NCBI GenBank assembly: GCA_963829055.1
Contig: CAWHHI010000020.1
Span: forward strand, 768,001-832,000
Length of the DNA stretch: 64,000 nt
Direction of reading: 5' to 3'
Source of the DNA: an uncultured Gemmatimonadaceae bacterium
Lineage (GTDB): Bacteria > Gemmatimonadota > Gemmatimonadetes > Gemmatimonadales > Gemmatimonadaceae
Positions within the stretch are counted from its first letter, which is position 1. Each line of letters begins with the position of its first letter. The notes beneath the pieces were generated by a model, which was given only the letters and a program-made list of their open reading frames with translations, ran no database searches and was not told where the DNA came from. Both the position numbers and the translations under genes were made by a program. Positions 49,085 through 59,657 of this stretch are shown here, in pieces.

Positions 49085-51599
49085 CCGGCAGCGCGCTCGA
49101 GCGCGAGCTGCATGCGACGAATGCGATCGGCCAAGCGACTCGGACGACACGCGCTCTCGGGTGCGATCGACGAGCAGCGGGAACCCGAGCGGCGTGACGC
49201 GGCGCGGCTGCCGTAACGACCACGGTCGCGCCGCGAGAGCCGCTGCAGCGCGATGCCGAGCCGGGTGCTCTCGAGCTGACGCTCCAGCACTTCGCGGGCG
49301 GCCTGCGACAACAGCAGGTTGCCGGGGTCGTACCGCTGCAGCACGTCGAAGAACAGTCCGCTCGACACCTGCAGCTGTCGCGCGGTCTTCCCTGATCGCG
49401 GGAACCCCGGAAACACGAGACCCGCGACGCGCGCGAGCTCGCGAAACTGGCGACTTCGCCATCTCCGTCGCGTTGAGCGCGGCCTCGATGTCCTCCAGCG
49501 AGACGGTCAGGGCTGAACAGCGCCGCATCCAGCGCGACCGCGAGCGGCGGCTCGGTGGGCGAGAGCAGCTCGAAGCCGTAGTCGTTCGACGCCATCGAGA
49601 ACGTGATCGGCGCGATGACGCGACAGCCGATACGCGCAGTAACGCGGCCAGTCCCTCGTGCACGAGCCGACCCTCGAACGGATACACGAAGAGGTGCCAG
49701 CCTTCACGCGTCTTCACCTGCTCGATCAGCAGCTCGTCCGCCCTCGGGATATGCGACCACTTTCGCTGCACCTCGAGCAGCGGCTCGAGCGTCTCCATCT
49801 CCGGCCCACGGAACACTCCTCGGCCGGCCTCGCCGATGCGCGTCGCGCAGCAGCGCCGCGAGCTCGACCCGACAGCGGCAGTCGACTGCCTGCCCATCGC
49901 GGAATCGCGCCCTTCGCCGTTCGGCGCGCGCCGCACCCACGCCTTCATGTCGCGCACGCGCACGAACTCCAGCGGCGTGCCGGCGAACACGAATCGGTCG
50001 CCGGGCTTGAGCCGAGCGACGAAGGATTCCTCCACGGACCCGAGCGAGCCGCCGCGCAGGTACGAGACGCCGATCTGCGCGTCGCCGACGATCGTGCCGA
50101 TCGACATCCGGTGCCGGCGCGCGATCTCGTCGTTCGTCGACGACGTAGCGGTCGTCCACGAGCGCGATGCGCGAGTACTCGGGATACGCGCGCAGCGCGT
50201 CGCCACCGTAGGTCGAGGAACTCGAGCACCCACGCCCACTCGACGTCGGTGAGCTCGACGTACGCGCGCGTCGTTCGCACTTCGTCCAGCAGCTGTTCCG
50301 GCTCGAAGCCGCCACCTAGCGCCACCGTCACGACGTGCTGCGCGAGCACGTCGAGCGGGCGCTCCATCGGCAGCCGCGACTCGATCGCGCCCCGCTCGAC
50401 GCCGTCGCGCGCGGCCGCGATCTCGATCAGCTCGAGCGCGTTCGTCGGCACGCACGTCACGCGGCTCATCGCGCCCGGGCCGATGTCCGCTGCGACCCGC
50501 GCGCTGCAGCAGTCGCGCGACGCCTTTCGGGCTTCCGATCTGCAGCACGCGGTCGACCGGCGAGAAGTCGACGCCGAGGTCGAGTGACGACGTCGCGACG
50601 ACGCAGCGGAGCCGCCCGGTGCGAAGTCCGTCTTCGACCCAGTCGCGCCGCTTCCGGTCGAGCGACCCGTGATGCAGCGCGATCACGCCGGCCCAGTCGG
50701 GCCGCGCCTCGAGAATCGCCTGATACCAGATCTCGGTCTGCGAGCGGGTGTTCGTGAACACGATGGCGCTCTCGCCTTCCTCGATCGCGGCGACGACCTG
50801 CGGCAGCATCTGCGTTCCGAGGTGACCGGCCCACGGAAACCGCTCGATGACGGGCGGGATGAGCGCGTCGATGACGACGTCCTTCGGGTCGACGCCGCGC
50901 ACGATCGCGCGCGCTGACGAGCGGCGCGCACGCCTAGCAACGCGCGTGACGCGTCGTCGATGTTGCCGATGGTCGCCGAGAGGCCCCACGTGCGCAGCGC
51001 GGGCTGATGGAAGCGGAGCCGTGCAAGCGCGAGCTCGACCTGCACGCCGCGCTTCGTTCCCATGAGCTCGTGCCATTCGTCGACGACGACCGAGTCGCAG
51101 ATCGGCGAAGATCTCGCGGGCGTCGTCGCGCGCGAGGAGGAGCGAAAGCGACTCTGGCGTCGTAATGAGGGTCGTCGGGAGACGGCGTGCGCTGGCGCGC
51201 GCGGATCGCCGGCAGACGTGTCGCCCGTCCGCGACTCGAGGGTCCACGGAATGCCGAGGTCGACGAGCGGCTCGCGCAGCGCCTGCTTCGGTGTCGGCGG
51301 CGAGCGCCCGCAGCGGCGTGATCCAGAGGACGCGAAGCGCCGGCGATCGGTCCCGTCGCGGGCGCGCTCGACCCGTGCGCGTCACGTTAGGTGCCGGTGA
51401 ATTCGTGGATCCGACGTCCTGCTCCGCGAGCCACTCGCTGAGCGGCCCGCCCCAGGCGGCGAGTGTCTTTCCGGTGCCCGGTTGCTGCGTGAACGAGCCC
51501 GCTCTCACCCGCTCGGTACGCGTCCCACACCTCACGCTGGAACGCGAACGGCTGCCAGCCTCGCGATGCGAACCACTCGTCGAGTCGATCGTGCGTCAT
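49081..51599 (-). CDS. Ligase-associated DEXH-box (Lhr-like) helicase, multiple frameshifts
   Basis: [15 protein letters not shown] (split by a frameshift), [54 protein letters not shown] across frames. Confidence 0.85.
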
Positions 51600-51692
51600 G
51601 GGTTCAACCGGCCGCGCATCAGATCCAGGCTGTGCTCCCTGCCAAACGGCAATTCACCGCAAAGGTCACGGAGGACGTCAAGGAGTGCTTCG

Positions 51693-51934
51693 GCAACCAT
51701 CTCAGACAAGGGAGCGAACGGATCCGGCGGATCGGCCGGATTGACTCCGTGTCATCGAAGGAGCAGCAGAGCCTGCCCTGAGGGGCGCAGCGACGGAGGG
51801 AGGGGTTAGCGTCGATGGGAATCGAGCCCGCACTGGCCACGATCGCGTTCGAGAAGGTCCTTCATCTGCCCGCTGCGCGGGCTCCCGCGCGCGGACTGAC
51901 ATACACCGTTCGTCCATTCGTCTGAGATGGTTGC
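51693..51934. repeat. About 240-bp element bounded by 15-bp perfect inverted repeats
   Basis: GCAACCATCTCAGAC (51693) and GTCTGAGATGGTTGC (51920-51934). Confidence 0.6.
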
Positions 51935-51945
51935 TCGCGCGACGG

Positions 51946-53538
51946 TCATGTGCGCTCCGCCAGCAGCGTCCGGAGCGTCGCGAGACTGTCCGCGTCCTCC
52001 GGACGCTTGTCCGTGCGCCACCTGAGGATTCGCGGAAACCGAACGGCGACCCCCGACTTGTGCCTCGGCGACGGCTGAATGCCCTCGAAGCCAAGCTCGA
52101 ACACGTGTACCGGCTTCACGTGTCGCACCGGGCCGTACTTCTCCACCGTGTTCGCGCGAATCCAGCGATCCAGCTCGCGGATCTCCGCATCCGTCAGCCC
52201 CGAATACGCCTTCGCGAACGGCACGAGCACGCCGTCATCCCACACCGCGAACGTGTAATCCGTGTGCAGCGACGAGCGCCGCCCGTGACCGGCCTGCGCG
52301 TAGATCATCACCGCGTCCACCGTGTACGGCTGCACCTTCCACTTCCACCAGCCACCCTTCCGACGACCGACGCCGTACACACTGTCGGTGCGCTTGAGCA
52401 TGAGTCCCTCCGCGCACCGCTCACGCGCTTCCGCATACGCGGCGTGCGCCTCCGGCCAACTGCCGAACGTCACCACAGGCGACGGTACGAACGCGGCGCT
52501 CCGCGCGGCACCGATCGTCGCGAGCAGCATCTCACGACGACGCCCGAGCGACTCGCCACGCACGTCGCGGCCGCCCGCTTCCAGCAGGTCGTAGGCGATG
52601 AGCACAACGGGCACGTCACTCAGGATCGATCCGCCTAACGACTTGCGGCCGATGCGCCGCTGCAGCTGCGCGAACGGCAGCGGCTTGCCGTCCTTCCACG
52701 GCATGATCTCGCCGTCGAGCACGGTGCCATCTGGCAGAAAATCCGCGGCGGCTGCGAGCTCCGGATAGCGATCCGTCACGAGCTCTTCACCACGCGACCA
52801 GATGAACGTCTGCCCGTTCCGGCGGATCACCTGCGCCCGGATCCCATCCCACTTCCACTCCGCCTGCCACGCGGTCGGGTCGCCCAGCGCCTCGACATCG
52901 CTCTCGAGCGCGTACGCGAGAAAGAACGGATACGGGCGCGACACGTCCGCATCCGACGTCTCCTCCGCCAGCAACGCCGTGAACGACTCCGCGCGCGGCA
53001 GCCACGTCCCGCTCAACCGATGGGCGATCACACCTTCATCCACCCCCGTCGCGCGCGACAGCGCCCGCACCACGAGCTGCTGCGACACGCCTACGCGAAA
53101 GCCGCCGGTGATGAGCTTGTTCCAGATGAAGCGCTCGGTCCCTCCGAGCTCACGCCAGCTCTCGAGAATGCTCTCGCGCTGCTCCTCCTCGGTCTTGCTC
53201 GCGAGCGGCAGCAACCGATCCGCGATCCAGCGGTGCAGCGGAACGTCTGTCGTGCTCGGCGCGTCGGGTAGCAGCAGCGACATCGTCTCCGCGAGGTCGC
53301 CAACCGCGTCGTAACACTCGGCGAACAGCCACTCGGGGATGCCGACCTCCTCCATCGCCCACGCCGCGAGCCGCCTAACGGGAATGAGCCGCTTCGGACG
53401 CCCGCCGCTCAGGAACCAGACCGCCCACGCCGCATCCGCCGGCTCGGCCGCGCGGAAGTACTCGACCATCGCGTCGACCTTCTCGTTCGTGCGCATGGTC
53501 TCATCGATCGCCGCGAACAGTTGCGCGAACCGCCTCAC
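51946..53538 (-). CDS. ATP-dependent DNA ligase
   Basis: EWKWDGIR (KxDG), VLDGE, EGLMLK, WWKWK, AVRFPRI. Confidence 0.95.
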   Translation of the reverse strand: MRRFAQLFAAIDETMRTNEKVDAMVEYFRAAEPADAAWAVWFLSGGRPKRLIPVRRLAAWAMEEVGIPEWLFAECYDAVGDLAETMSLLLPDAPSTTDVPLHRWIADRLLPLASKTEEEQRESILESWRELGGTERFIWNKLITGGFRVGVSQQLVVRALSRATGVDEGVIAHRLSGTWLPRAESFTALLAEETSDADVSRPYPFFLAYALESDVEALGDPTAWQAEWKWDGIRAQVIRRNGQTFIWSRGEELVTDRYPELAAAADFLPDGTVLDGEIMPWKDGKPLPFAQLQRRIGRKSLGGSILSDVPVVLIAYDLLEAGGRDVRGESLGRRREMLLATIGAARSAAFVPSPVVTFGSWPEAHAAYAEARERCAEGLMLKRTDSVYGVGRRKGGWWKWKVQPYTVDAVMIYAQAGHGRRSSLHTDYTFAVWDDGVLVPFAKAYSGLTDAEIRELDRWIRANTVEKYGPVRHVKPVHVFELGFEGIQPSPRHKSGVAVRFPRILRWRTDKRPEDADSLATLRTLLAERT

Positions 53539-54567
53539 GCGGAGATCTCCTCACCGGCGACTTCCACCGGGTCGGTGTCTTCCTCGCCCTTCCACTGACT
53601 CGCGACCGCCTTCGCCTCGATGCCGCGCTCGGTCAGCCATCGGACGAGCGGCTCCCGCGTCCCGTGCGTGACCCACACGCGCTGCGCACCGGTTCCTTCC
53701 ACTGCGGCGAGAATCGACGGCCAGTCCACGTGATCCGAGAGCACGAAGCCGCGATCGAGCGCGCGCCGCCGCCGATTGCCGCGTACACGCATCCACCCGG
53801 ACGCGAAGCCGGTGGAGATGTTCCCGAACCGCCGCAGCCATGTGCTTCCCGCCGCGGACGGTGGCGCGACGATGAGACTGCCGGCGAAGTCATGCCCGCG
53901 CGGCATCTCGCTCGCGTAACGCGTCTCGGCAAGCCTAACGCCGGCGCGACGGTAGTCGCCGTTGAGGCGCTCGACCGCGCCGTGCGTGTACACGGGCCCC
54001 AGGTCGGCATCCGCGAGACCGGCGAGCAGCCGCTGCGCCTTGCCGAGTGCGTAGCCGAACAGCACCGACGCGCGGCCGTGCTCGCGATTGGCACGCCCAC
54101 CAGGCGCGGATCTGGGCGAACACCTCGCTGTCCGGCGTCCATCTATAGACAGGCAGCCCGAAGGTGCTCTCGGTGATGAACGTGTGGCACCGGACGAGCT
54201 CGAACGGCGTGCACGTGGGGTCGGGCTCGGTCTTGTAGTCGCCTGACGCGACCCACACCTCGCCGCGATGCTCCACGCGGATCTGCGCCGACCCGAGGAT
54301 GTGGCCCGCGGGATGAAGCGAAACGCGGACGCCATTCACGTCCACCGGTTCGCCCCAGTCCACGGCGCGAATGGTCTGGTTCTGGCCGAGTCGCGTCCGC
54401 AGAACCGCTTCGCCTTCGCGGGAGCTCAGGTAGCGCGCCGACCCCCATCGGGCGTGGTCACCATGACCATGCGTGATGACAGCACGCTCGACCGGCTGCC
54501 ACGGGTCGATGTAGAAGTCTCCAGCCTCGCAATAGAGGCCGCGCTCGGCCAGACGGAGCAGCGTCAT
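53535..54567 (-). CDS. Ligase-associated beta-CASP exonuclease, frameshift near 54090
   Basis: ITHGHGDH, AGHILGSA, ESTFGLP, YALGKAQR, LSDHVDW, VTHG. Confidence 0.9.
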
Positions 54568-54585
54568 CCCGTGTAAAATGCCCTC

Positions 54586-55251
54586 ATGAAACTGCTCGTG
54601 CTTGGCGCGTCCGGCGCTACCGGAAGTTGGCTCGTCCGAGTCGCGGCACAGGCTGGTCACCAGGTAACCGCATTGATCCGGCCATCGACGCCGTTCGATG
54701 CACCGGCCGGCGTGCGCGTCGTCCGCGGCGAGGTGTTGGACGCCGCGGTGCTGGCATCGGTCGTGGGAGGACAGGACGCCGTCGCCTCGTGCCTCGGTCA
54801 GCGGCGAAGCGGCAGGAGCCCGTGGGCCGCGCTGCGATCGCCGCCCGACCTCATGAGCCGCGTCGCATCCCTCCTGATCCCAACCATGGCAGCCGCCGGC
54901 GTGACGCGCGTGGTCGCGATCAGCGCTGGCGGTGTGGCCGAGAGCATCACGCAACTGTCGATGCCGGTGCGGTGGCTGGTGAGCGTCGGGAACGTCGGCG
55001 TAGCCTACCGCGATCTCGCGGAGATGGAGCGGAAGCTCTCCGCGAGTCGCCTCGACTGGCTGGCCGTGCGCCCGGTGACGCTCATGGATGGTCCGCCCAC
55101 GGGCCGTGCGACGCGCGTGGATCGGTATGGTCTGTTCTCCATTGTGCGACGGTCCGATGTCGCGACCTGGATGCTTGGCGCATTCTCGCGCCCGACACCC
55201 TTCATCGAGCAGACCGTTCTTCTCGGCACTCCACTCGGGACAAAGAATTGA
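54586..55251 (+). CDS. NAD(P)H-binding (biliverdin reductase B-like) oxidoreductase
   Basis: LGASGATG Rossmann motif; LDWLAVRP; RSDVA. Confidence 0.85.
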   Translation: MKLLVLGASGATGSWLVRVAAQAGHQVTALIRPSTPFDAPAGVRVVRGEVLDAAVLASVVGGQDAVASCLGQRRSGRSPWAALRSPPDLMSRVASLLIPTMAAAGVTRVVAISAGGVAESITQLSMPVRWLVSVGNVGVAYRDLAEMERKLSASRLDWLAVRPVTLMDGPPTGRATRVDRYGLFSIVRRSDVATWMLGAFSRPTPFIEQTVLLGTPLGTKN

Positions 55252-55317
55252 TCTCGCAGGACCGAGGGGTGCGGACGGGCTCCACCGCGCCCGTATCTTG
55301 CGACACGATGTGCACTC

Positions 55318-58300
55318 ATGCCGGTTAACCAGGACCCGCCCGATCGGACGAATGTGCACCGCTCGACTCGGGCGTCGGACGCTGAGCCGACGGCCGTTCA
55401 ACTCGCGCGAGTGCTTGCGCAGTTCCCCGGCGCCGTCGCGGTGTATGCCGGCCCGCAGCACGTGTTTCGCGCGGCGAGCGCTGCCTATCGGGCGTTCATT
55501 GGGGGCCGCGAGGTGATCGGCTTACCCATTCGCGAGGCGCTGCCGGAGCTGGACGGGCAGGGGTTTTTCGAGCTGCTCGATCAGGCGTACCAGACAGGCG
55601 AATCCGTCTCGGTGTCGGGAGTCACGGCGCAGTGGGATTCGGACGGCGATGGGTCTCCCGAGTCCCGCGTCATCGACTTCACGTATCAGCCGCTGACGGC
55701 GGCGGACGGTTCGGTCGAAGGCGTCGTCGCGTTCGTGCAGGACGTGACGGAGCGTCATATGGCGCTCGCCGCTCTCGCCGCCAGTGAAGCGCGGCATCGT
55801 CTCGCCATCGACGCGACGAGACTCGGTACCTGGGCGTGGGACGTCGGCTCGGACACAGCGACGTTCGACGATCGCGTTCGTGAGCTGCTCGAGCTCCCTG
55901 ATAGGACCGGGAGGTCCCGTGTCGGCGCCATCGTAGCGCGTGTTCACCCCGATGATCGCGATCGCCTGAACGAAGCGTTCGCGCGAGTGGTCGACCCGGA
56001 GGGCGACGGACGCTTCCAGGGTGAGTACCGCATCGTCCGTGACGACGGCCGCGAGCGTTGGGTATTGGCGTTCGGACGCATGCATTTCGTGGAGGACACG
56101 AGCCCGAGGCAAGCGGCGCAACTCATTGGCACGCTAGTCGACATCACGGACCAGAAACACGCCGAGGCGAGACAGCGTGTGCTCGCGCGCCTCGGCGCCG
56201 ACCTGCTCGTGGCGGGCGACGAGCAGATCGCGCTGCAGCGTCTCGCTGACGCGGCCGTGGCGGACCTCGCGGACTGGGCGATCGTGGACGTGATCGGGCC
56301 CGATGGCCGGGCGCATCGCGCGGCGATCGCGCACGCGGATCCAGCCAAGCTCGACGTCATGCGGGAGTTGTCCGCTCGCTACCCGCCTGATCCGTCGCAC
56401 CCGACGATGGGGCGCGATGCGCTCGCGACTGGGCAGGCACAGCTCTACGCGGTCGTCGACGACGCGCTGGTTGGCGCGATGGCGCAGGACGCGGAGCAGG
56501 CACGTCTCGCGAAGGCGATGGGTCTGCGGTCGGCGATGGCCGTCCCGCTGCAGACTCGCTTCGGCCCGTTCGGTATCGCGGCGTTCGGGTCGGGGCGGCG
56601 GACGTTCACGCCAGACGATGTCGCGGTCGCCGAGGAGATCGGGCGGCGTGCGTCGCTGGCGGTGGAGAACGCTCGACTCATCGCCGAGGCGAGGCGCGCG
56701 CAGACCGACGCCGAGCGGGCGGTGCGGCGCACGGCGCGCCTGCAGATGTTGAGCGCGGCGCTGGCCGCGGCGTTGACGCCTAACGACGTCGCAACCGTGG
56801 CAGTGAACGAGGGTGTTGCCGCGGCCGGCGCCGACGCGGGGATGCTCGTGCTGCTCGACGCTGCGGGCACGGCGCTCGACGTGGTCGAGGCACGGGGTTA
56901 CGACACGCGTCATTTCGATCGTTGGCGTCACATCCCGCTCGATGTCACCGTCCCGGTCACCGAGGCAGTGCGCACCGGCGAGCTGATCGTCGTCGCGTCG
57001 GCCGAGGAGCGGAAGCGGCGCTACCCGACCATCGACGCGGCCGGCGTCCCGGTGATGTACCCGGCGACGATCTCCGTTCCGCTCATCGCCGAAGGCCGAA
57101 GCTTCGGCGCGTTAGGCCTGAGCTTTCACGACACGATCTCCGTCGGTCCCGACGACCGCGAGCTGCTGCTGGCGGTCGGGCGCCAGTGCGCGCAGGCGGT
57201 GCGTCGGGCGACGTTGTTCGACGCCGAGGCGGTGGCCCGTGCGGACGCGGAAGCGGCCAATCGGCGACTCGCGTTTCTCGCTGACGCCAGCGCGGCGCTC
57301 GCGTCACTGGACTACGAGACGACGCTGCAGCGTGTCGCGCAGCTCACGGTGCCGTCGTTCGCGGACTACGTGGTCATCGACCTGCTCGATGAGAACGGGG
57401 GAATTCGGCGCGTCGCGTCGGCGCACGCGGATCCATCGAAGGCGGAGATGCTGCGGGATACCGCACGCTTCTATCCCGCAGCCGGAGCGGACTCGCCGCT
57501 CCGGGAACCGCTCGTGAGCGGGAAGGCGTCGCTCGTGGGGCAGGTCGATGACGCGTGGCTGCGCCGCGCGGGGCGGACGCCCGAGCACCTGGCCGCGATC
57601 CGGGCGCTGAATCCACAATCGCTCATCGTGGCGCCGCTGTCGGCGCGCGATCATACGTTAGGCATCATGACGTTCGTCGCGTCCGATTCGGGGCGTCGCT
57701 ACGGCGCCGGCGACGTGCCACTCGCGGTGGAAGTGGCGCGGCGGGCCGCGGTCGCGGTCGACAACGCCGAGCTCTATCGCCATAGCGAGGCGGCGCGGCG
57801 TGAGGCGGAAGCGGCGAGTCGCGCGAAGGGACAGTTCCTCGCCGTCATGAGTCACGAGCTCCGCACGCCGCTCAACGCGATCCTCGGCTACAGTGAGCTC
57901 GTGGGCATGGGGGTGCACGGGCCGGTGACCGACGCGCAGCGCGACGCGATGTCGCGGATCAAGCGCAGCGGGCAGCATCTGCTGTCGCTCGTGAACAACG
58001 TCCTCAACCTCGAGCGGACAGAGGCCGGCGGCATCGAGACGGAGTTCGTTCCGATCTCGGTGAGGGAGTTGTTCGAGGACGCGGATTCGCTGACGCGCCC
58101 GCAGGCGGAGGCGAAGGGCATCACACTGGCGGTCGAGTTGCCGGGCGCCGACGTGGTCGCACTGGGCGAGCAGGACAAGGCAAGTCAGGTGCTGGTGAAC
58201 CTGCTGTCGAACGCGGTGAAGTTCACGGCGTCCGGTGGGACGATCAGGCTCTCGTGCGATGTGGACGCGGACAGCGTGCACCTGCGGGTCGCGGATACGG

Positions 58301-58524
58301 GCGTGGGTATTCCCGGGGAGGCGATCGACCGGGTGTTCGAGCCGTTCGTGCAACTCGATTCGGGCCTAACGCGGAGGGCCGAGGGTGCGGGGTTGGGCCT
58401 CGCGATCAGCCGTCGCCTGGCACGCCTCATGGGCGGTGATCTGACGCTGGAGAGCGAGCTGGGGAAGGGCTCGACGTTCACGTTCACACTGGTGCGTGTG
58501 CCGCCGTCATCGGCTGTTGATTGA
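55318..58524 (+). CDS. PAS-PAS-GAF-GAF-GAF sensor histidine kinase
   Basis: MSHELRTPLNAI, NLLSNAVKFT, DTGVGI, GAGLGL; PAS and GAF repeats. Confidence 0.93.
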   Translation: MPVNQDPPDRTNVHRSTRASDAEPTAVQLARVLAQFPGAVAVYAGPQHVFRAASAAYRAFIGGREVIGLPIREALPELDGQGFFELLDQAYQTGESVSVSGVTAQWDSDGDGSPESRVIDFTYQPLTAADGSVEGVVAFVQDVTERHMALAALAASEARHRLAIDATRLGTWAWDVGSDTATFDDRVRELLELPDRTGRSRVGAIVARVHPDDRDRLNEAFARVVDPEGDGRFQGEYRIVRDDGRERWVLAFGRMHFVEDTSPRQAAQLIGTLVDITDQKHAEARQRVLARLGADLLVAGDEQIALQRLADAAVADLADWAIVDVIGPDGRAHRAAIAHADPAKLDVMRELSARYPPDPSHPTMGRDALATGQAQLYAVVDDALVGAMAQDAEQARLAKAMGLRSAMAVPLQTRFGPFGIAAFGSGRRTFTPDDVAVAEEIGRRASLAVENARLIAEARRAQTDAERAVRRTARLQMLSAALAAALTPNDVATVAVNEGVAAAGADAGMLVLLDAAGTALDVVEARGYDTRHFDRWRHIPLDVTVPVTEAVRTGELIVVASAEERKRRYPTIDAAGVPVMYPATISVPLIAEGRSFGALGLSFHDTISVGPDDRELLLAVGRQCAQAVRRATLFDAEAVARADAEAANRRLAFLADASAALASLDYETTLQRVAQLTVPSFADYVVIDLLDENGGIRRVASAHADPSKAEMLRDTARFYPAAGADSPLREPLVSGKASLVGQVDDAWLRRAGRTPEHLAAIRALNPQSLIVAPLSARDHTLGIMTFVASDSGRRYGAGDVPLAVEVARRAAVAVDNAELYRHSEAARREAEAASRAKGQFLAVMSHELRTPLNAILGYSELVGMGVHGPVTDAQRDAMSRIKRSGQHLLSLVNNVLNLERTEAGGIETEFVPISVRELFEDADSLTRPQAEAKGITLAVELPGADVVALGEQDKASQVLVNLLSNAVKFTASGGTIRLSCDVDADSVHLRVADTGVGIPGEAIDRVFEPFVQLDSGLTRRAEGAGLGLAISRRLARLMGGDLTLESELGKGSTFTFTLVRVPPSSAVD

Positions 58525-58544
58525 TTGTCTGGATGTCTGGATTG

Positions 58545-58888
58545 TCGCGCCGGAGCCGGTGGGAACGACGATTGGGCGGATCTGTACGGCGAAACTGCCG
58601 GATACAGCTTTGCATTCAGGCATCGTTGCGCCGGGGCCGGTGTGAACTGCGATTTCGCGGATGACACGGAAAACGGCCGGATACGGCTTTGCATCGACGC
58701 TGGCTCACGCCGGACCATGAATGAATGGGAACGGCCGCTCGGGAGACTCCTGCGTCCCGAGCGGCCGTTCCCAAGAATCCCGGCTCGTTGCGTGAGGAGC
58801 CGTCCCTAACGCGGTCGATCCTGCTTCTTCCGCGTCATCCGCGAGATCGCCGTTCCCCCAGGCCGCGGCGCAAGGATGCGTGAATGCA
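58545..58888. repeat. Nested-palindrome element (family B), copy 2
   Basis: Same subunits as copy 1; central 19-bp IR 58726-58744/58755-58773. Confidence 0.85.
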
Positions 58889-59627
58889 GAGCCGGCCTGT
58901 CATTCCGAGCGAGGCCGTCGCGAGTCGAGGAATCGCGATCGTCCCGATCGAGGGCCACTCTGCCAGTACCCTCACGATTCCTCGGCCGCGGCGCGATCCT
59001 CGGCACCGAAGCCCGACGGATACGGGGACTGACACCTGATCGACTCGTTTTGCAGTCGACTGGCACACTTCGTACTGGCCACGCCGCCGCCGGATGCACG
59101 ACACCAGTCGTTAGGCGTCCCCCGAACCCGTATCCGGATCGTGCGTGAATCGGGTCTACCCAGTAGACCGTTTCCGGTTTCTCGACCACCGGGATATCGA
59201 GGTTCACGACCACCGCGTCCTGCCCGCTTCGCACCAGCACGCACTCCAGCGGCTCGTCAGGCGCCGCGTTGATCTCCTGGTGCGGCACGTACGGCGGGAC
59301 GTAGATGAAATCGCCCGGCCCCGCCTCGGCAACGAACTCCAATCGGTCACCCCAGCGCATGCGGGCGCGGCCGCGCACCACGTAGATCACGCTCTCGAGC
59401 GCGCCGTGATGATGCGCGCCCGTCTTCGCGTTGGGGCGAATCATCACCGTCCCCGCCCACAGCTTGCTCGCCCCCGTGCGCGCGTGTGTGATCGCCGCCG
59501 CGCGACTCATGCCCTCCGTCTGCGGCGTGTTCATATCGAGCTCCCCGCTATGCACGATGCGAACGCCGTGCATGCGCCAGTCAGGCGCGGAGGAAGCGGT
59601 GGTCTCGTCAGCGGGAGGCGTCGACAT
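58806..59627 (-). CDS. Cupin domain protein (true 3' end probably near 59110)
   Basis: TPQTEGMSRAAAI, TGAHHHG..ESVIYV, PPYVPHQEIN, YWVDPIH. Confidence 0.8.
   Translation of the reverse strand: MSTPPADETTASSAPDWRMHGVRIVHSGELDMNTPQTEGMSRAAAITHARTGASKLWAGTVMIRPNAKTGAHHHGALESVIYVVRGRARMRWGDRLEFVAEAGPGDFIYVPPYVPHQEINAAPDEPLECVLVRSGQDAVVVNLDIPVVEKPETVYWVDPIHARSGYGFGGRLTTGVVHPAAAWPVRSVPVDCKTSRSGVSPRIRRASVPRIAPRPRNREGTGRVALDRDDRDSSTRDGLARNDRPALHSRILAPRPGGTAISRMTRKKQDRPR
58898..58985. repeat. Partial family A element abutting family B copy 2
   Basis: TGTCATTCCGAGCG...GTCGAGGAATCG...CGATTCCTCG. Confidence 0.75.
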
Positions 59628-59657
59628 GATCACTCGGGATGAATGGAGAAAGGGAAG

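Noticed and set aside
47378..49216. Long alternative-frame ORFs (e.g. 47378..49216, 6602..7888, 15940..17292, 48795..50252)
   Set aside because: Arg/Ala/Pro-rich shadow ORFs overlapping well-supported genes, as expected at high GC.
48400..54567. Exonuclease-ligase-helicase-phosphoesterase operon as a new system
   Set aside because: It matches the already described ligase-associated DNA damage response cluster.
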